DNA from: Octopus bimaculoides
Lineage: Eukaryota
NCBI RefSeq assembly: GCF_001194135.2
Contig: NC_068989.1
Span: forward strand, 81,650,845-81,714,844
Direction: 5' to 3'
Length of the DNA stretch: 64,000 bases
Shown here: piece by piece, positions 39,118-53,308 of the stretch
Layout: each line of letters opens with the position of its first letter
Position numbering within the stretch: the stretch's first letter is position 1
Program-made: the position numbers and the translations under genes
Notes under the pieces: model-generated
Databases searched by the model: none
What the model saw: the letters and a program-made list of their open reading frames with translations, nothing else
What the model was told of the DNA's origin: nothing

Positions 39118-39625
39118 AGTGAAAGAGCAGCGCATGTCATCTAAGTGACACTGGGGTAAAATATACGAAGCCCAGTATACCCATCATGACTACCCTAGGG
39201 TACTCCAGGCACATGCATCACAACCATATGGGCAAGACATGGTGATCTCATATCAAGATAAACAGCGCATGACCTTGCAGGTGGGGCCCAGTTAGAATTC
39301 TCTTCAGGTCAAGTAGTCCATCCCACTCAAAAAGTCCCTGAATAAGAGTTGTTTAAAGATGATGAACGAAACACCCATGTTTCCAGAGGTGAATTATTCA
39401 AATCCCAAAGAATTCCTCTCAACACATGGCTATGGGGCTCCCCCAGTACTTCTGCTCATGATCAGAGATATACTTATTGTTAGCGACTAAGGGACATGCT
39501 CAACTGGTTAAGGTCAAACAACTGATAAGCAAATCTATGGTATTGAGCAGAATATTTGCTGTAGTCCATCTCTTATACCAAGACAAAAACAATGTACATG
39601 ATAACACTGCCAAAGATCAGAAACC
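39118..39625. repeat. Unclassified ~500-bp element embedded in (TTA)n
   Basis: GC-richer block bounded by TTA arrays, next to the Dong-like fragment; no ORF recognised. Confidence 0.4.
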
Positions 39626-39699
39626 ATGAGAGCCACTGCATTAGGGCATTTATTATTATTATTATCATTATTGTTTTTATTATTATTATTATTATTATT

Positions 39700-40189
39700 T
39701 AAGATGTCACACAGTATCCAATATTGGGACGTTGTTGGTTGCAGATATTGTGTCTACCAGGGGTTTGTACTGTTTGTGAAGTCACAACAAGGACCTCAGA
39801 CAGACAGTAATTTACACAATATGTGTGCAGTTCCAAGTAATATTGATTTTTGCAATACACCTAGATTGTAGGGTATTTCTAAAATTTCCAGATGTTTCTT
39901 CAGGTTGGGTGGTATTGAACCATTTATTTCGATGACAACAGGGACAAACTTTATGTTTGACTCTTGAAGCTACCACATCTCGATGATCTCAATTCTCAAG
40001 TCTCTATATTTATCAATATTTTCTCTTTCTTTCATGATAATATGTTGATCTCCTGTTACTGCCATATTGATTATTAGGCATTCTTGTTTGTCCCTCCTAA
40101 AGGTTACTGTATCTAGCCTTGTCTGTCTGGAAGTCAAAATCCCAGAGGATTTTTGCCTTTCCCTTTTCATCCATTACATTTTCTGGTGT
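39700..40189 (-). mobile_element. R4/Dong-clade LINE 3' fragment (restriction-like endonuclease)
   Basis: Minus frames give KAKILWDFDFQT, VTFRRDKQECLII, KERENIDKYRDLRIEI; (TTA)n on both flanks. Confidence 0.8.
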
Positions 40190-41977
40190 TTTATTATTAT
40201 TAAGGTGGTGAGCAGACAGAATCATTGGCATGCTGGGATTAATGCTTATCAGCATTTCGTCTCACTGCATGTTCTGAGTTCAAACTCTGTCAAAGTTGAT
40301 TTTGCCTTTCATCCTTTTGGCGTTGATAAATTAAGTACCAGTGAAACACTGGGATTGATGTAATTGACTATTCCTCACCCCAAAATTTCAGGCTTTGTGT
40401 CTATAGTAGAAAAGATTATCATTATTATTGTTGTTGTTGTTGTTGTTAAGGTAATGATGTTAGATTCACTCATTCCTTCAATGTGTAATTAGCATTGACC
40501 TGCAATAAATACAAGAATAAGTTCAAATCTGACTGAAGCCATCTTTGTCTGATATCCTTCTGTAATTAATAAAATAAGCAGCATTGAAGTCCTGGGGGTG
40601 GTGTCAATATAGCCAACTCTCAGGGCAGCAAGCTGGCAGAATCAGTTGCACGCTGGACGAAATGCTTAGCAGTATTTTGCCTGTCACTACATTTCTGAGT
40701 TCAAATTCCACTGAGGTTGACTTTGCCTTTCATCCTTTTGGGGTTGGTAAAATAAGTACCAGTGAAACACTGGGGTCAATGTAATCGACTAGTCCCCTCC
40801 ACGCAAATTTCAGGCTTTGTGCCTATAGTAGAAAGGAATATAGCCAACTCTATTCCTTCTCCTACCCCTTACCTGTGCTTCTGTTATTTCCCATGGGAAA
40901 AAATAAATTCATTACTGCAAGTCCTTAAAACAGCAGCCAATGCTATCAAAACCAGCATTGGCAAATGCCACCACGAATGGTACCTAGTTACATTGAGAAG
41001 AATTGAACTGTTCCATCCCCTATTGTCCATTCCTCTATTAACCCAGGGGAAGAAGGTCATTCACTACATTACATTATACAAAAGAAATCTTGAAAACTAT
41101 ATTATTATATAGAGTTTGATAGAAATAAGTCAGTGTCATAAATACTTATATGACTAAAGCAGTTTTAACAGTGAGACAATTTTATATTTTATAATGTTAA
41201 CTAAACTTAGCTTTATACAATTATTGATTTGTGTTTCTTTAGTTTTGTTGATTTAAATATCCTTGATATGGGTGTGTGTATGTGTTTGTGTGTGTGTAGA
41301 GTTCCATGTTGTAGTTGTTTAGCTAAAAGCCAGTTCTGATCTTGCAAACTTTTAATCTAAGACATTTCGGCTGTGATTAACTTGCCTCTTATTTAGACAT
41401 AGGGTATCTAGGACTACATTATCCAATGTATTCTTCCTCATTGTTCTTGTTTATTCGCAGACTTATGCTCATAGATTCTAGCTGTGACCGTTTCATCTTA
41501 ATTCATAATGTATGTACCAACTGCTATTAAGAGAAGGCATATGAGGAATCAGTAGACATTATTTGCCAAAAATGAAGAATAACTAAATATGAAATTTGCA
41601 ACAACAGACTAGTGTTATGATTAATAATAATAATAATCCTTTCTACTGGAGGCACAAGGCCTCAGATTTGTGGGGTGGAGACTAGTTGATTATATTGACC
41701 CCAGTGTTTCACTGGTACTTAATTTATTGACTCTGAAAGGATGAAAGGCAAAGTTTACTTTGGTGGAATTTGAACTCAGAACATAGCGATGGGTGAAATA
41801 CCACTAAGCATTTCGTCCAGCATGCTAACAATTCAGCCAGCTTGCTGCTTAGTGAAGGCACACGACCTCAAATCTGGCGGGAGGGGACTAGTCAATTACA
41901 TCGACCCCAGTGTTACTTATTTTATCAATCCCCGAAAGGATGAAAGGCAAAGTCGGTTTTGGTGGAATTTAATAACG

Positions 41978-42047
<70 letters not shown>

Positions 42048-42573
42048 TCTTAATATTATAGGTACAAGGTTTGAAATTTTGAGTGCTTGACTGGTAATTG
42101 TTTTATTGTCCATGACAGAATGAAAAGCTAAGTTGACCTCAGTGGCATTTGACCTCAGTGGCATTTGACCTCAGTGGCATTTGAAATCAGAACTTAAATG
42201 CTACTAAGTACTTGTCTAGTGTGCTATCAATTCTGCCACCTCACTGTCTTAACGACGTTGATGATGATGATGCAATAATGATTTCAAATTTTGGCACAAG
42301 GCCAGCACTTTCAGGGAGGGGTTAAGTTGATTGTCTCAACCCCAGTGTTCCACTGGTGCTTATTTTATTGACCCTGAAAGGATGAAAGGCAAAACTGACC
42401 TTGGCAGAATTTGAACTCAGAACATAAAGACAGACGAAATACAGCCAAGCATTTTGCCTGGCATCTCTTTTACTTGTTTCAGTCTTTTGACTGTGGCCAT
42501 GCTGGAGCACCGCCTTGGATTATTCTGCCATCTCATTGTCTTAATAATAATAATAATAATAATGATGATAATA

Positions 42574-42984
42574 AGACATGACAAGGTAGCCCAAAGCCTC
42601 CACTGGCTACTATGCCATTAGTATGGATATGAGGTTATGGGTGCTTGGTACCAACAACATACCCCGGAAAAGGTAATGGATGAAAAGGGGAAGGCAAAAA
42701 TCCTCTGGGACTTTGACTTCCAGACAGACAAAATATTAGAGCACTGAAGGCCAGATATAGTAACCTTTGGGAGGGACAAACAAGAGTGCAACATCTGAAA
42801 ACTTTAGAAATACCCTACAATCTAGGTGTATTGCAAAAGTCAACATTACTTGGAACTGCAAGTATATTGCATAAAGTATTGTCTGTCTGAGGTCCTTGTT
42901 GTGACTTGACAAACAGTACAAACCCCCAGTAGACATGATATCTTCAATCAACAACCTCACGATATTGTATACTGTGCGACGTCT
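42574..42984 (+). mobile_element. R4/Dong-clade LINE 3' fragment, internally deleted
   Basis: RHDKVAQSLHWLLC..YG...WYQ..TPEKVMDEKGKAKILWDFDFQTDKILEH*RPDIV; same 3' UTR as the 39700 copy; (TAA)n on both flanks. Confidence 0.85.
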
Positions 42985-42993
42985 ATAATGATG

Positions 42994-43025
<32 letters not shown>

Positions 43026-43689
43026 GATAATAATAATAATAACAATAATAATAATAATAATCCTTTCTACTAAAGGCAGAAGGCCTAAAATTTTTTGTGG
43101 GAGGGGACTAGTCAATTATATTGACCCCAGTGTTTCACTGGTACTTAATTTATAGTAATAATAATAATAATGACAACAATGATGATGATGATGATGATTT
43201 TTTATTGTATAGGTGATATAAATACATATGCATAAAAGCACATATATATGTCTATGGGTGTGTGTCTTTGAGTCTGTTTGTCTCACACACCACCATCACT
43301 GCTTAAAAACTGGTGTCAGTTTGTTTACATCCTTGTAGCTTATAGATTTGACAGAAGAGACCAATACAATAAGTACCAGGTTGACAAAAAAAAAAAAGTC
43401 TTGGGGGTTGATTTATTTGACTAAGACCTTTCAGCACGGTGCTACAGCATGGTCGCTCCAGTGACTGAAACAAAAGAAAGATGTATCTACATATACATAG
43501 ACACACACACACACACACACACTCATATATATAGACACACACACACTCATATATGTGTGTGCGTGTCTTTCTCATTCTCTCTCTCTCTGTCTGACACACG
43601 TTTTTTCTCACACACACTGTTTCTTNNNNNNNNNNACACACTCATATATGTGTGTGCGTGTCTTTCTCATTCTCTCTCTCTCTGTCTGA

Positions 43690-44215
43690 CACACGTTTTT
43701 TCTCACACACACTGTTTCTTTCTCACACACACTGTTTCTTTCTCACACACACTGTTTCTCTCCCACACACTCTCTCCCACACACTCTCTCTCACACACAC
43801 ACTTTCTCTCACACACAATCTCTCTCTCTCTCACACACTCTCTCTCACACACTCTCTCTCTCACACACTCTCTCTCACACACTCTCTCACTCACACACTC
43901 TCTCTCACACACTCTCTCTCACACGCTCTCTCTCTCACACTCTCTCTCACACACACTCTCTCTCTCACACACTCTCTCTCTCACACANNNNNNNNNNCAC
44001 ACTCTCTCTCTCACACACTCTCTCTCTCACACACTCTCTCTCTCACACACACTCTCTCTCTCACACACTCTCTCTCTCACACACTCTCTCTCTCACACGC
44101 TCTCTCTCTCACACGCTCTCTCTCTCACACACTCTCTCTCTCACACACTCTCTCTCACACACTCTCTCTCTCACACACTCTCTCTCTCACACACTCTCTC
44201 TCACTCTCTCATATT
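43690..44215. repeat. Compound (CA)n/(CT)n microsatellite
   Basis: Repeated CACACACTCTCTCTCT; one of dozens of (CA)n, (TA)n, (GATA)n, (CAT)n and (TAA)n tracts in the window. Confidence 0.95.
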
Positions 44216-46209
44216 CTATATATATACACACACACACACACACAAACATGTATATTATATTCACACATATTACACACACACATCAAAAATATTACAGAGC
44301 AACCCGTGTTAGTATTTTGTGTGTACTTAACATATCCCATTGTCCTGCCTATTGTGACCTGCATTCCTTTTCTCTTTTTCATGTCCTCTATTGAACTACA
44401 TAACAACATCTGCATACTTGTAAACCTAATACACATGAAGCATAAAGCTATAACTTGAAATGTATTTTAATACACAGAAAAACCTGCTAAATTTCAGTGT
44501 CTCCATGCATAGAAATAAAGTGAAATGCTGGTATTCATGAGGATACCAGTGACGTTCTATGGAGGGCAAAAAAAAAAATTCAGATTGTTCTGCATTCAGA
44601 TATACTTAATTTCTCTTTACACATTTCTAGTTTATAGAAATTCCTAATTAAGTTCACTGGAGGTGGTCCATTTCTTTGAAACCGCATGAGTTATTTTAAG
44701 GATTGTATGCTGCTCTATTTTAGTTTACTGACAATGGTTTATCTTATGAAAGTCTTATTTTTATAGGCGGCTTTCCTATTTTGTAGATATTTTTCAAGAC
44801 GTCTGCACTTTTTACAATGTGTATTATTTCTATAAATATTTTATATTATGGGAAATGTTTTTATAATGATATTGTTGTACAGGCATTTAGAAATGATTCA
44901 CTTTGTGTGTGTATGTGTCTGCATATAAACTTGTACTTTTAGTCTTTTAATTACCTTCACATTTAGGAAGTTTTATAGGGATAAGAATCACACCCAGTAG
45001 TTGATTCGTACTTTATTTTTTTTGTCTCTGGAAGAATGAAATGAAAAGTTGACCTTGGTGGAATTTGAACTGAAGATGTAAAGGTCACTAACTGAATACC
45101 ACAAAGCATTTTATTCGAAGCTTTACTGATTTTATCATTCAAAGAAATAATGATATAAGACTGCCAGGCCAGAGATAATAAGTTCAAGTTTATGGAAGGC
45201 AGTTTATCATTTCTCTGTGTTTGTTCCACCTAATTGTCTGGAGAAAGGTCAGTAGGGCAGGTAACTCTCGGTTAGGGAACAACTCTCATCATAAAGGGTC
45301 ATGCTCCTGTTCTTCTTTAACTCTGATATAGGGAGGGTAAAGTAAATAAATGCCTGTTTTCACATCACTCCCAATTATCATTTTATGCCCACTTCCCATG
45401 CTGGTAAGGATTGGACAGGCCATCATAGTTTTAGTCAGTTCTTATTTGGAGCTATTGCTCTTTTTGATGGGTCAGAGAGCCACATGTCATTTGTTGGTCC
45501 CATAGTTTCTATGGCTGGATAGCCTTATTAATAGCAACCTTGTTTAGAAAGGACTTGTTACATTTTATCAAGACACCAATGCTAGAGAAGTTGTCTTGTC
45601 CCATGCAAGAAGAAATAGTCCTCTCTAGTTTACGTAGTCTCTCTTTTCTCTTGTCAGACATGACTAAGAGTGGAATAAAGAGAGAGTATGAATATGTGCA
45701 TGTCACTAGAGAAACAGGGTGGTAGGAGAGGGAGTAATGGAAGAGGGACAGTGATAGACAACTACTTGTTGGTTGCTGATAAGAAGTGTAAGAGAACAGC
45801 ACGAGTTGCATGACAGGATAGCATCAGAGATAAGCAATAAAGATGGGCAAAATGAGAGTGGTAGATGTCAAGGAAAAGTCACACAGAGGGAAATCAATGA
45901 TGTCTAGTAGTAGAGGGTGATAGTGGGGGATACTGAATGTGGATAGATCAGGTACCATCCCCCTTTACATAAGTAGCATGGTACAAGAATAGATGGTGAT
46001 AGATAAGAGGGTATTGAATTGAGTAGGTGATTGAAACTTTGCAGGAATATAATGGACTTAATATGTTATACTCCCAACCTCCATGACAACCGCCATTATT
46101 TTGACAACTGTTTTACTTGTCGTAGCCCTGCTGTACCTCCACATATGTACTACACTCATTGACGAACTCATTGCTGACTGCTTACCCTGATGGCTACAAT
46201 ATTCATCTA

Positions 46210-47090
46210 CCCATCATTTGGAAAATGGCATCAGTAGTTCTTCTTCCTAGCACAAAGCTGAACTGCATCTTATCTATATTAATTATTTTCCTAATCATTC
46301 AACAATGACCCTTTCCATAACTTTCATAATCTAGTCCAACAATTTGGAGCCTTTGTAGCTGTCTCTTTAGCCTATTTCCTGTGCTCTTTCTCTATTTAAC
46401 AATGAGTTCTAATGCTAGTCATTAGCCATGATACCTTCCTGTAGTGTCTGATTAACTATATCAGTGACTAACAAACATTCTTCTTTGCCAGATGTGACTA
46501 TCCTTGATGGATCAGCTGCTTCCCCTACTTTCATATCCTTAATTGTACATGCTTCCATTAACTTCAATAAATGTATACTTCCATTAACTCAGTGACCAAT
46601 TCCTATGTTGAGTCTACTTGGTAGAGATTCATTTCACCCATGTATTCTCCCTATTACCATGTACCCATGTACTCTCCTTATTCAATCTCTTGTAATATTC
46701 TTCCATACCTCTTTCTTTTTAGCATTAGTGAGGGCAAGTAGGCAATTATCATTTATATACACTTCTCTCCAACAACAATTTTCACTAGTGCAGTTTTGCA
46801 GTCAGAAACATTTCATTCCTTTGACCCTAACATTGCACAACATGTGCAAACCTCTTGCTATTTTTCTGTTTGCTAAGTGTACCTGATGCATAGTTTTACA
46901 TCTAGCTACTTAATATTGCTCTCTACTGCCTCTTCACTTTTAGTCTTTCCAAGACTGTTTCATAGTTTTTACGGCTCTATTCTACTAACATATTATTTTC
47001 CTTGTAGTTGGAATCTTGTACTGTTCACATATCTGGTCTGCAGCTCCCCCAGAAGATTATTTTGTAAGAACTTCCACTTGGCCTCTATGT
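46210..47090 (-). mobile_element. RTE-clade LINE fragment (endonuclease-RT linker and start of RT)
   Basis: Minus frames give GEKCI.NDN..LALT..KKKEVW, KLLD.IMKVMERVI, INIDKMQFSFVLGRRTTDAIF; many stops. Confidence 0.75.
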
Positions 47091-47118
47091 TATAATTCTC
47101 CATCTTACCTTCCCTTTT

Positions 47119-47152
<34 letters not shown>

Positions 47153-47612
47153 CTAGTACTTCTCTGAACATATGAAAGGGAGCTGGCTTTTTAAGCTGCT
47201 ATATCTTCCTTTATCACACTGTCTTTAATTCAGATTTTTTTTCTCACCACAAACAATTTCAAATGAAATAAGTGAAGGAATGGCCTTCATTAGAGTAAAT
47301 CTAAGGATGGAGGAGGGTTTATGATGTTAACCACTCAACTACTGAGTCTCTCTCTTTTCTCTTCAGTGTTTGCTCTATAATACAACAGTCCTTGATCATA
47401 CTTATATGAGACACATTTCTTACCATGCTGCTGCATGTAGGCTCAGAGTCAGTGGTGGTATATAACCACATTCATTCAGCTGGTGTCTGTCTGTTCTTCT
47501 TCCTCCTCCTCCTCCAATACTTTATCAATGAAACCGTTTTCAATGACATTTTCTTTCAAAATGTAGAAAATTATTTGTCAGACAATTATACACACATACA
47601 CAGATGCGTGCA

Positions 47613-47674
<62 letters not shown>

Positions 47675-47932
47675 TGTACACACACACACACTCTCTCTTC
47701 TTCCCCTCTCCCCTCCATCTTTCCCTTCCTCTCTTTCTTCCTCTCCCCCACTCTCTCTTCTCACTCACAGATGCAGCCTTGCTTACACATTTGCATATAT
47801 ACATACATCTACATACACTCTCCTTTCTGCACATACACATATGCATTCCATTATACACACATGCATGTGCACACACACACACACATACACACACATGCAA
47901 ATAAGGACATTTGTACACTCATACTCACACAA

Positions 47933-47977
<45 letters not shown>

Positions 47978-48350
47978 AACACATACACACACACACTCCA
48001 ACTCTGACCTTCAAGAGCAAATTGACACAATAAGGAAGCAATTGATTAGGATATATTCCTTCTTTTTCCATATAAGGTCAAATTTAACTGTAGATTTCAT
48101 GAGTAGTAGGTCTGGTAGAAGAGATAGTAAATGGCAAGTTTAACAGAACAGACAGGCATGTGTTCACTTCCCAGGCCGTCTAATATTAAACTGACACTTA
48201 GTTTAGTAAAAATAATTTATAGTTTGGATTTGTCTATAAAATTTGGAGATTTTTTTTATTATATAACTTCCTTGTATTTCTAATATTTGTTTATATCTGT
48301 CTTGAATTAGTTATATCAAAACTGATATTCATACAAATTGACCTTATTTG

Positions 48351-48381
<31 letters not shown>

Positions 48382-48944
48382 ATGTTATAATAAGCACCAC
48401 AAATCTTGTATATCTTTGTATGTACTTATGTATGTATGTCAATATATATATTTTTTTAATATAAATAAGTATAAGACCGTCATTTGAAATAACGATCATA
48501 TCAAGTAGCCAGCATGGGAAGAAAAACCTTATAGGTAATAATTATTTTAAAAATTATGATTGAGGGTATCTAAGATGCCACCATGCTAGAGATGGCAGTC
48601 AAAGCCTGACTCCAAAACCACATCAAGTGTTCATACAACACAAGGTGAAAAGACAAATAAAGTAGCAGATTACTGGATAATCCCAGATCCAGGGTTTATG
48701 GCTCTGTATAAAAGATATACTTTGCCTCCTCAGTAAGATATACCAGAATACAGTATATAAATACAAATATATATGTACACAACATATGAATACTTACATA
48801 TACACACGAATACATACATACATATATGTGTACGTATATACACGACCAGTTCGATTGTTCATCTAAACACCACGTGCTATATGGTCAAAATACCACCGCA
48901 GTGAATATAATGAAGTAAATATATATAAATTTTTAAATAAATCC

Positions 48945-49150
48945 TTGCTTCTCCATTAGTGTCTTGCAAATTCTGTTCTTTCTCTGATTAACAACATAAT
49001 GGTAGAAAGATTGCCATACAGTCACTGCTTCGTAGAGTGTTGCTACCAAGAAAGATTAAGAATTGTATGAAGCATTCTCATATATGTACTATCAAGCTCC
49101 TTTTCAAGTCTCTTGTTCAGTGTCCGTTCTCTACAGTTATCAGATTAATA
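48945..49150 (-). mobile_element. LINE (RTE/RTE-X-like) RT C-terminal fragment
   Basis: TLNKRLEKELDSTYMRMLHTILNLSW*QH....LYGNL...IRER. Confidence 0.65.
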
Positions 49151-49692
49151 GGGTGGAAAAGAAGTTCAGAAAGACATTTCATCGATTGGCAGCAAAAGCA
49201 TTCTCTCTCCAAGTGAAGCATAAACTGAATGATGGTTCTGTACAAAATGAGATGCTTATATCTATAAAATGTAATTTAGTAATATTCATAGTCTTTTCAT
49301 CTTCGGTTTTTGACCTGTATCATTAATTGCCTGGAAATAGGTGTGTGTGATTGTATGCGCACACCTTTGTGTGTGTGGTGTGTGCATGAATATTATGATA
49401 TTATAAAATAATGTCAAGTTATTTAAATAGAATAATAATAATTACTCAGATTTATTTTCATAAGTTTTATAAACAAATGATAACATTACATGAAACTTTG
49501 TTCATAATTGAGTTTGAAACCCCAACATCTTATCATACAGTACAAAGCAATGCTCTTAAAATAAGCTTTTGTGTATTAGCAGATTATAAGGACTATATTC
49601 CATGCAGTTCCTTATTTAAGGGATTGCATTGAATCCATTGGCTAACATCTTATTAACACCTCATCAATTAAATAATGCTCCTTTTCCATACA

Positions 49693-50372
49693 TCATCATC
49701 ATCATCGTTTAATGTCCGCTTTCCATGCTAGCATGGGTTAGATGATTTGACTGAGGACTGACGAACCAAATGGCTGCACCAGGCTCCAATCTGATCTGGC
49801 AGAGTTTCTACAACTGGATGCCATTCCTAACACCAGCCACTACGAGAGTGTAGTGGGTGCTTTTACGTGACATCGGCACAAAGGCCAGTCTGGTGGTACT
49901 GGCAACAGCCACACTCAAATGGTGTTTTTTATGTGTCACCGGCACAGGAGCCAGTCCATTCCACCTTGCTTGAATGTTTTTTCACGTGCCACCGGCACAA
50001 GTGCCAGTAAGGCAATGCTGGTAATGATCACACTTGAATGGTATTTTTTATGTAACATCGGCACGGAAGCCAGACAGCTGCTCTGGCAATGATCACGCTC
50101 GGATGGTGTTCTTAGCACTCCACTGGCACGGGTGCCAGTCATCAAATTTGATTCGATTTCGATTTCACTTGCCCCAACAGGTCTTCGCNNNNNNNNNNAA
50201 ATTTGATTCGATTTCGATTTCACTTGCCCCAACAGGTCTTCGCAAGCAGAGTTTAGTGTCCAATGAAGGAAAGGTACGCATAAGTGGGCTGGTTACACCC
50301 TTGGCATAGGCCACGGGTTATGGTCTCGCTTGGCTTGCCGGGTCTTCTCATGCACAACATATTTCCAAAGAT
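49693..50372 (-). mobile_element. Family D element, longest copy in window
   Basis: (CAT)n tail, conserved 3' body, then degenerate TGCCACCGGCAC-type internal repeats; spans a 10-N gap. Confidence 0.75.
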
Positions 50373-50770
50373 CTCATGGCAACTGTTTATAATTAGCTAT
50401 AGTAGATCACTGAAAATGAAGTAACCTTGGCTACAGACACTATCCAAACTGTTGACAGTTGATCTTGTTGGCCAAAACTTTGTTGACTCAACTAACTATT
50501 GTAGTTGTTTCAACATCGAAATATACAAGTTCACATCTTCTGAACATTTTAGAAAAATACAACCAACTGACTTAAATAATTTCTAAAAGCTTATTTACCA
50601 TATTTTCTGGCATACAAATTGAATTTCATAACCACATAATTCCAGGTTCAGTCTTACTGTGTGGCACATTGGGCAAGTGTCTTCTACTATAGCCTCAGGT
50701 CAACCAAAATCATGTGAGTGGATTTGGTAGACAGAAACTGAAAGAAGCTTGTTATAGATACATACATATA

Positions 50771-51121
50771 GGCACAGGAGTGGCTGTGAAGTAAGTAGCT
50801 TGCTCACCAACCACATGGTTCTGGGTTCAGTCCCACTGCGTGGAACCTTGGGCAAGTGTCTTCCACTATAGCCTCAGGCTGATCAAAGCCTTGTGAGTTG
50901 ATTTGGTAGACGGAAACTAAAAGAAGCCCGTCGTATATATGTGTGTGTGTATATGTTTGTGCATCTGTGTTTGTCCTGCCACCATCACTTGATAACTGGT
51001 TCAGCAAAAGAGACCAATAGAATAAGTACTAGGCTTACAAAGAATAAGTCCTGAGGTCAATTTGTTAGACTAAAGGTGGTGCTCCAGCATGGCCACAGTC
51101 AAATGACTGAAGCAAATAAAA

Positions 51122-51124
<3 letters not shown>
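50771..51124 (+). mobile_element. SINE family B, near full length
   Basis: Same head and tail. Confidence 0.8.
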
Positions 51125-51172
<48 letters not shown>

Positions 51173-51633
51173 ATTATGTGCAGGATCCAATAGAATCAAG
51201 ATATTTTAATAATAAGGACACCAAGGTAGAGCCAAAGATAACATACCTGTGTATCAACAGTGCATACAGACACTCATGTATTAATTCACCTGAAGAAAAC
51301 AGTTTTTTTACATGATGTAATTGATTTGTTCATCATTAAAAAACATGTCTGGAACAGGTGTAGTGAACCTCTGACCATTTGTGTTATTCGTCATCATCAG
51401 CATCCTTTAAAGTCTGGCCCTCCCCTCATCATTGCTTGACAACCGGTGTTAATGCGTTTATGTTCCAGTAACTTAACGGTTCGGCAAAAGAGACCAATAG
51501 ATTAAGTAGCAGTTTAAAAAAAAAGATTGACTGGGGTCGGTTCATTCAACTAGAATTTCTTCAAAGGGATGCCCCAGCATGGCGACAATCTAATGACTGA
51601 AATAAGTAAAAGATAAACGATAAAAGATTATAT

Positions 51634-52100
51634 GGATCTTTCTGATTTGGCGGACACCATTTGTTTTCTAACGAAACATTTTCAAACTTGGGACTACACC
51701 GCCACAGCAGTAATTGTTTTCACCTCAATAGACGTCAGTGATTGGTTGAAATTACTGAAATACGACAACTTTTAACATGTAACAACTTTTAACATGTAAC
51801 AACTTTTAACATGTAACAACTTTTAACATGTAACAACTTTGAATATAAAAATTTTTCTCTGTTCTGTATGACAAAATATACAAGTATATGAAGTTTTAAA
51901 GTGTTTCGGTAGAAAACACAGTAAATCATCATCATCGTCGTTTAACGTCCGCTTTCCATGCTAGCATCGGTTGGACGATTTGACTGAGGACTGGTGAAAC
52001 CAGATAGCTACACCAGACTCCAATCTGATTTGGCAGAGTTTTTACAGCTGGATGCCCTTCCTAACGCCAAAAATTGGTGTCTGCCAAATCAGAAAGATCC
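51634..52100. mobile_element. MITE with 26-bp TIRs, containing a 17-bp tandem array and a SINE fragment
   Basis: GGATCTTTCTGATTTGGCGGACACCA (51634-51659) vs TGGTGTCTGCCAAATCAGAAAGATCC (52075-52100), one mismatch. Confidence 0.75.
51765..51840. repeat. Perfect 17-bp tandem repeat, 4.5 copies
   Basis: Unit ACAACTTTTAACATGTA. Confidence 0.95.
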
Positions 52101-52749
52101 TATTATATACATGAAGATGACTTTGGAAGACCAAAAATTCCATGTGAAATGCATCAGGATTTGGAGAGATAGGAATGATGTTTGAATGTTTACACTACAA
52201 ACTATTGACTTGTATGGTGGAAAGTACAGTATCATACCAGTTGCTAATATATTCTTGGTGTAATCCTAGTGACATATATAAATAGCTCAAGTGAACACCT
52301 TTGGGATTTCAGCTTGCAAAAATGTATTATACTTCAGTTTGCTGCTAGATGCAGCTTCAATTACATTTCAATTAGTAATTAGCTTTTACTTCATTAATGT
52401 ATGTTGTCATGAGAGAAGAAGAAGGTATTGTTTATTTTGATATTATTGAATATAGCTTATTGAAGATGCCTGTCACACATCGCCACTCTTGCTGTCATTT
52501 AAAATAAATAATAGTAATGATAAGTCATTTAGACAAGCTTGAATATTGTATAGCAAAAGGTGTTGCATAATGCATGTATGTATGTATGTATGTATGTATG
52601 TACACACACGTATACTGAGACAAGATGTGATCCTTTGATTTATCTGGGAGAGTAGTATCTTCATATAAGAACTGACACAAGACTGTGATGACCCGTTCAG
52701 TTGATGCCCACATAGAAAGTGGATATGAAATGAAGGTTATATAACCCAC

Positions 52750-53308
<559 letters not shown>

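Noticed and set aside
43540-43720. Direct duplication across a 10-N gap
   Set aside because: Identical sequence on both sides of the gap indicates an unmerged contig overlap.
47478-47555. Minus-strand mini-exon [24 protein letters not shown]
   Set aside because: Weak AAG acceptor, the poly-Glu comes from a (CCT)n tract, and no partner exon was found.
50139-50248. Direct duplication across a 10-N gap
   Set aside because: Same artefact pattern.
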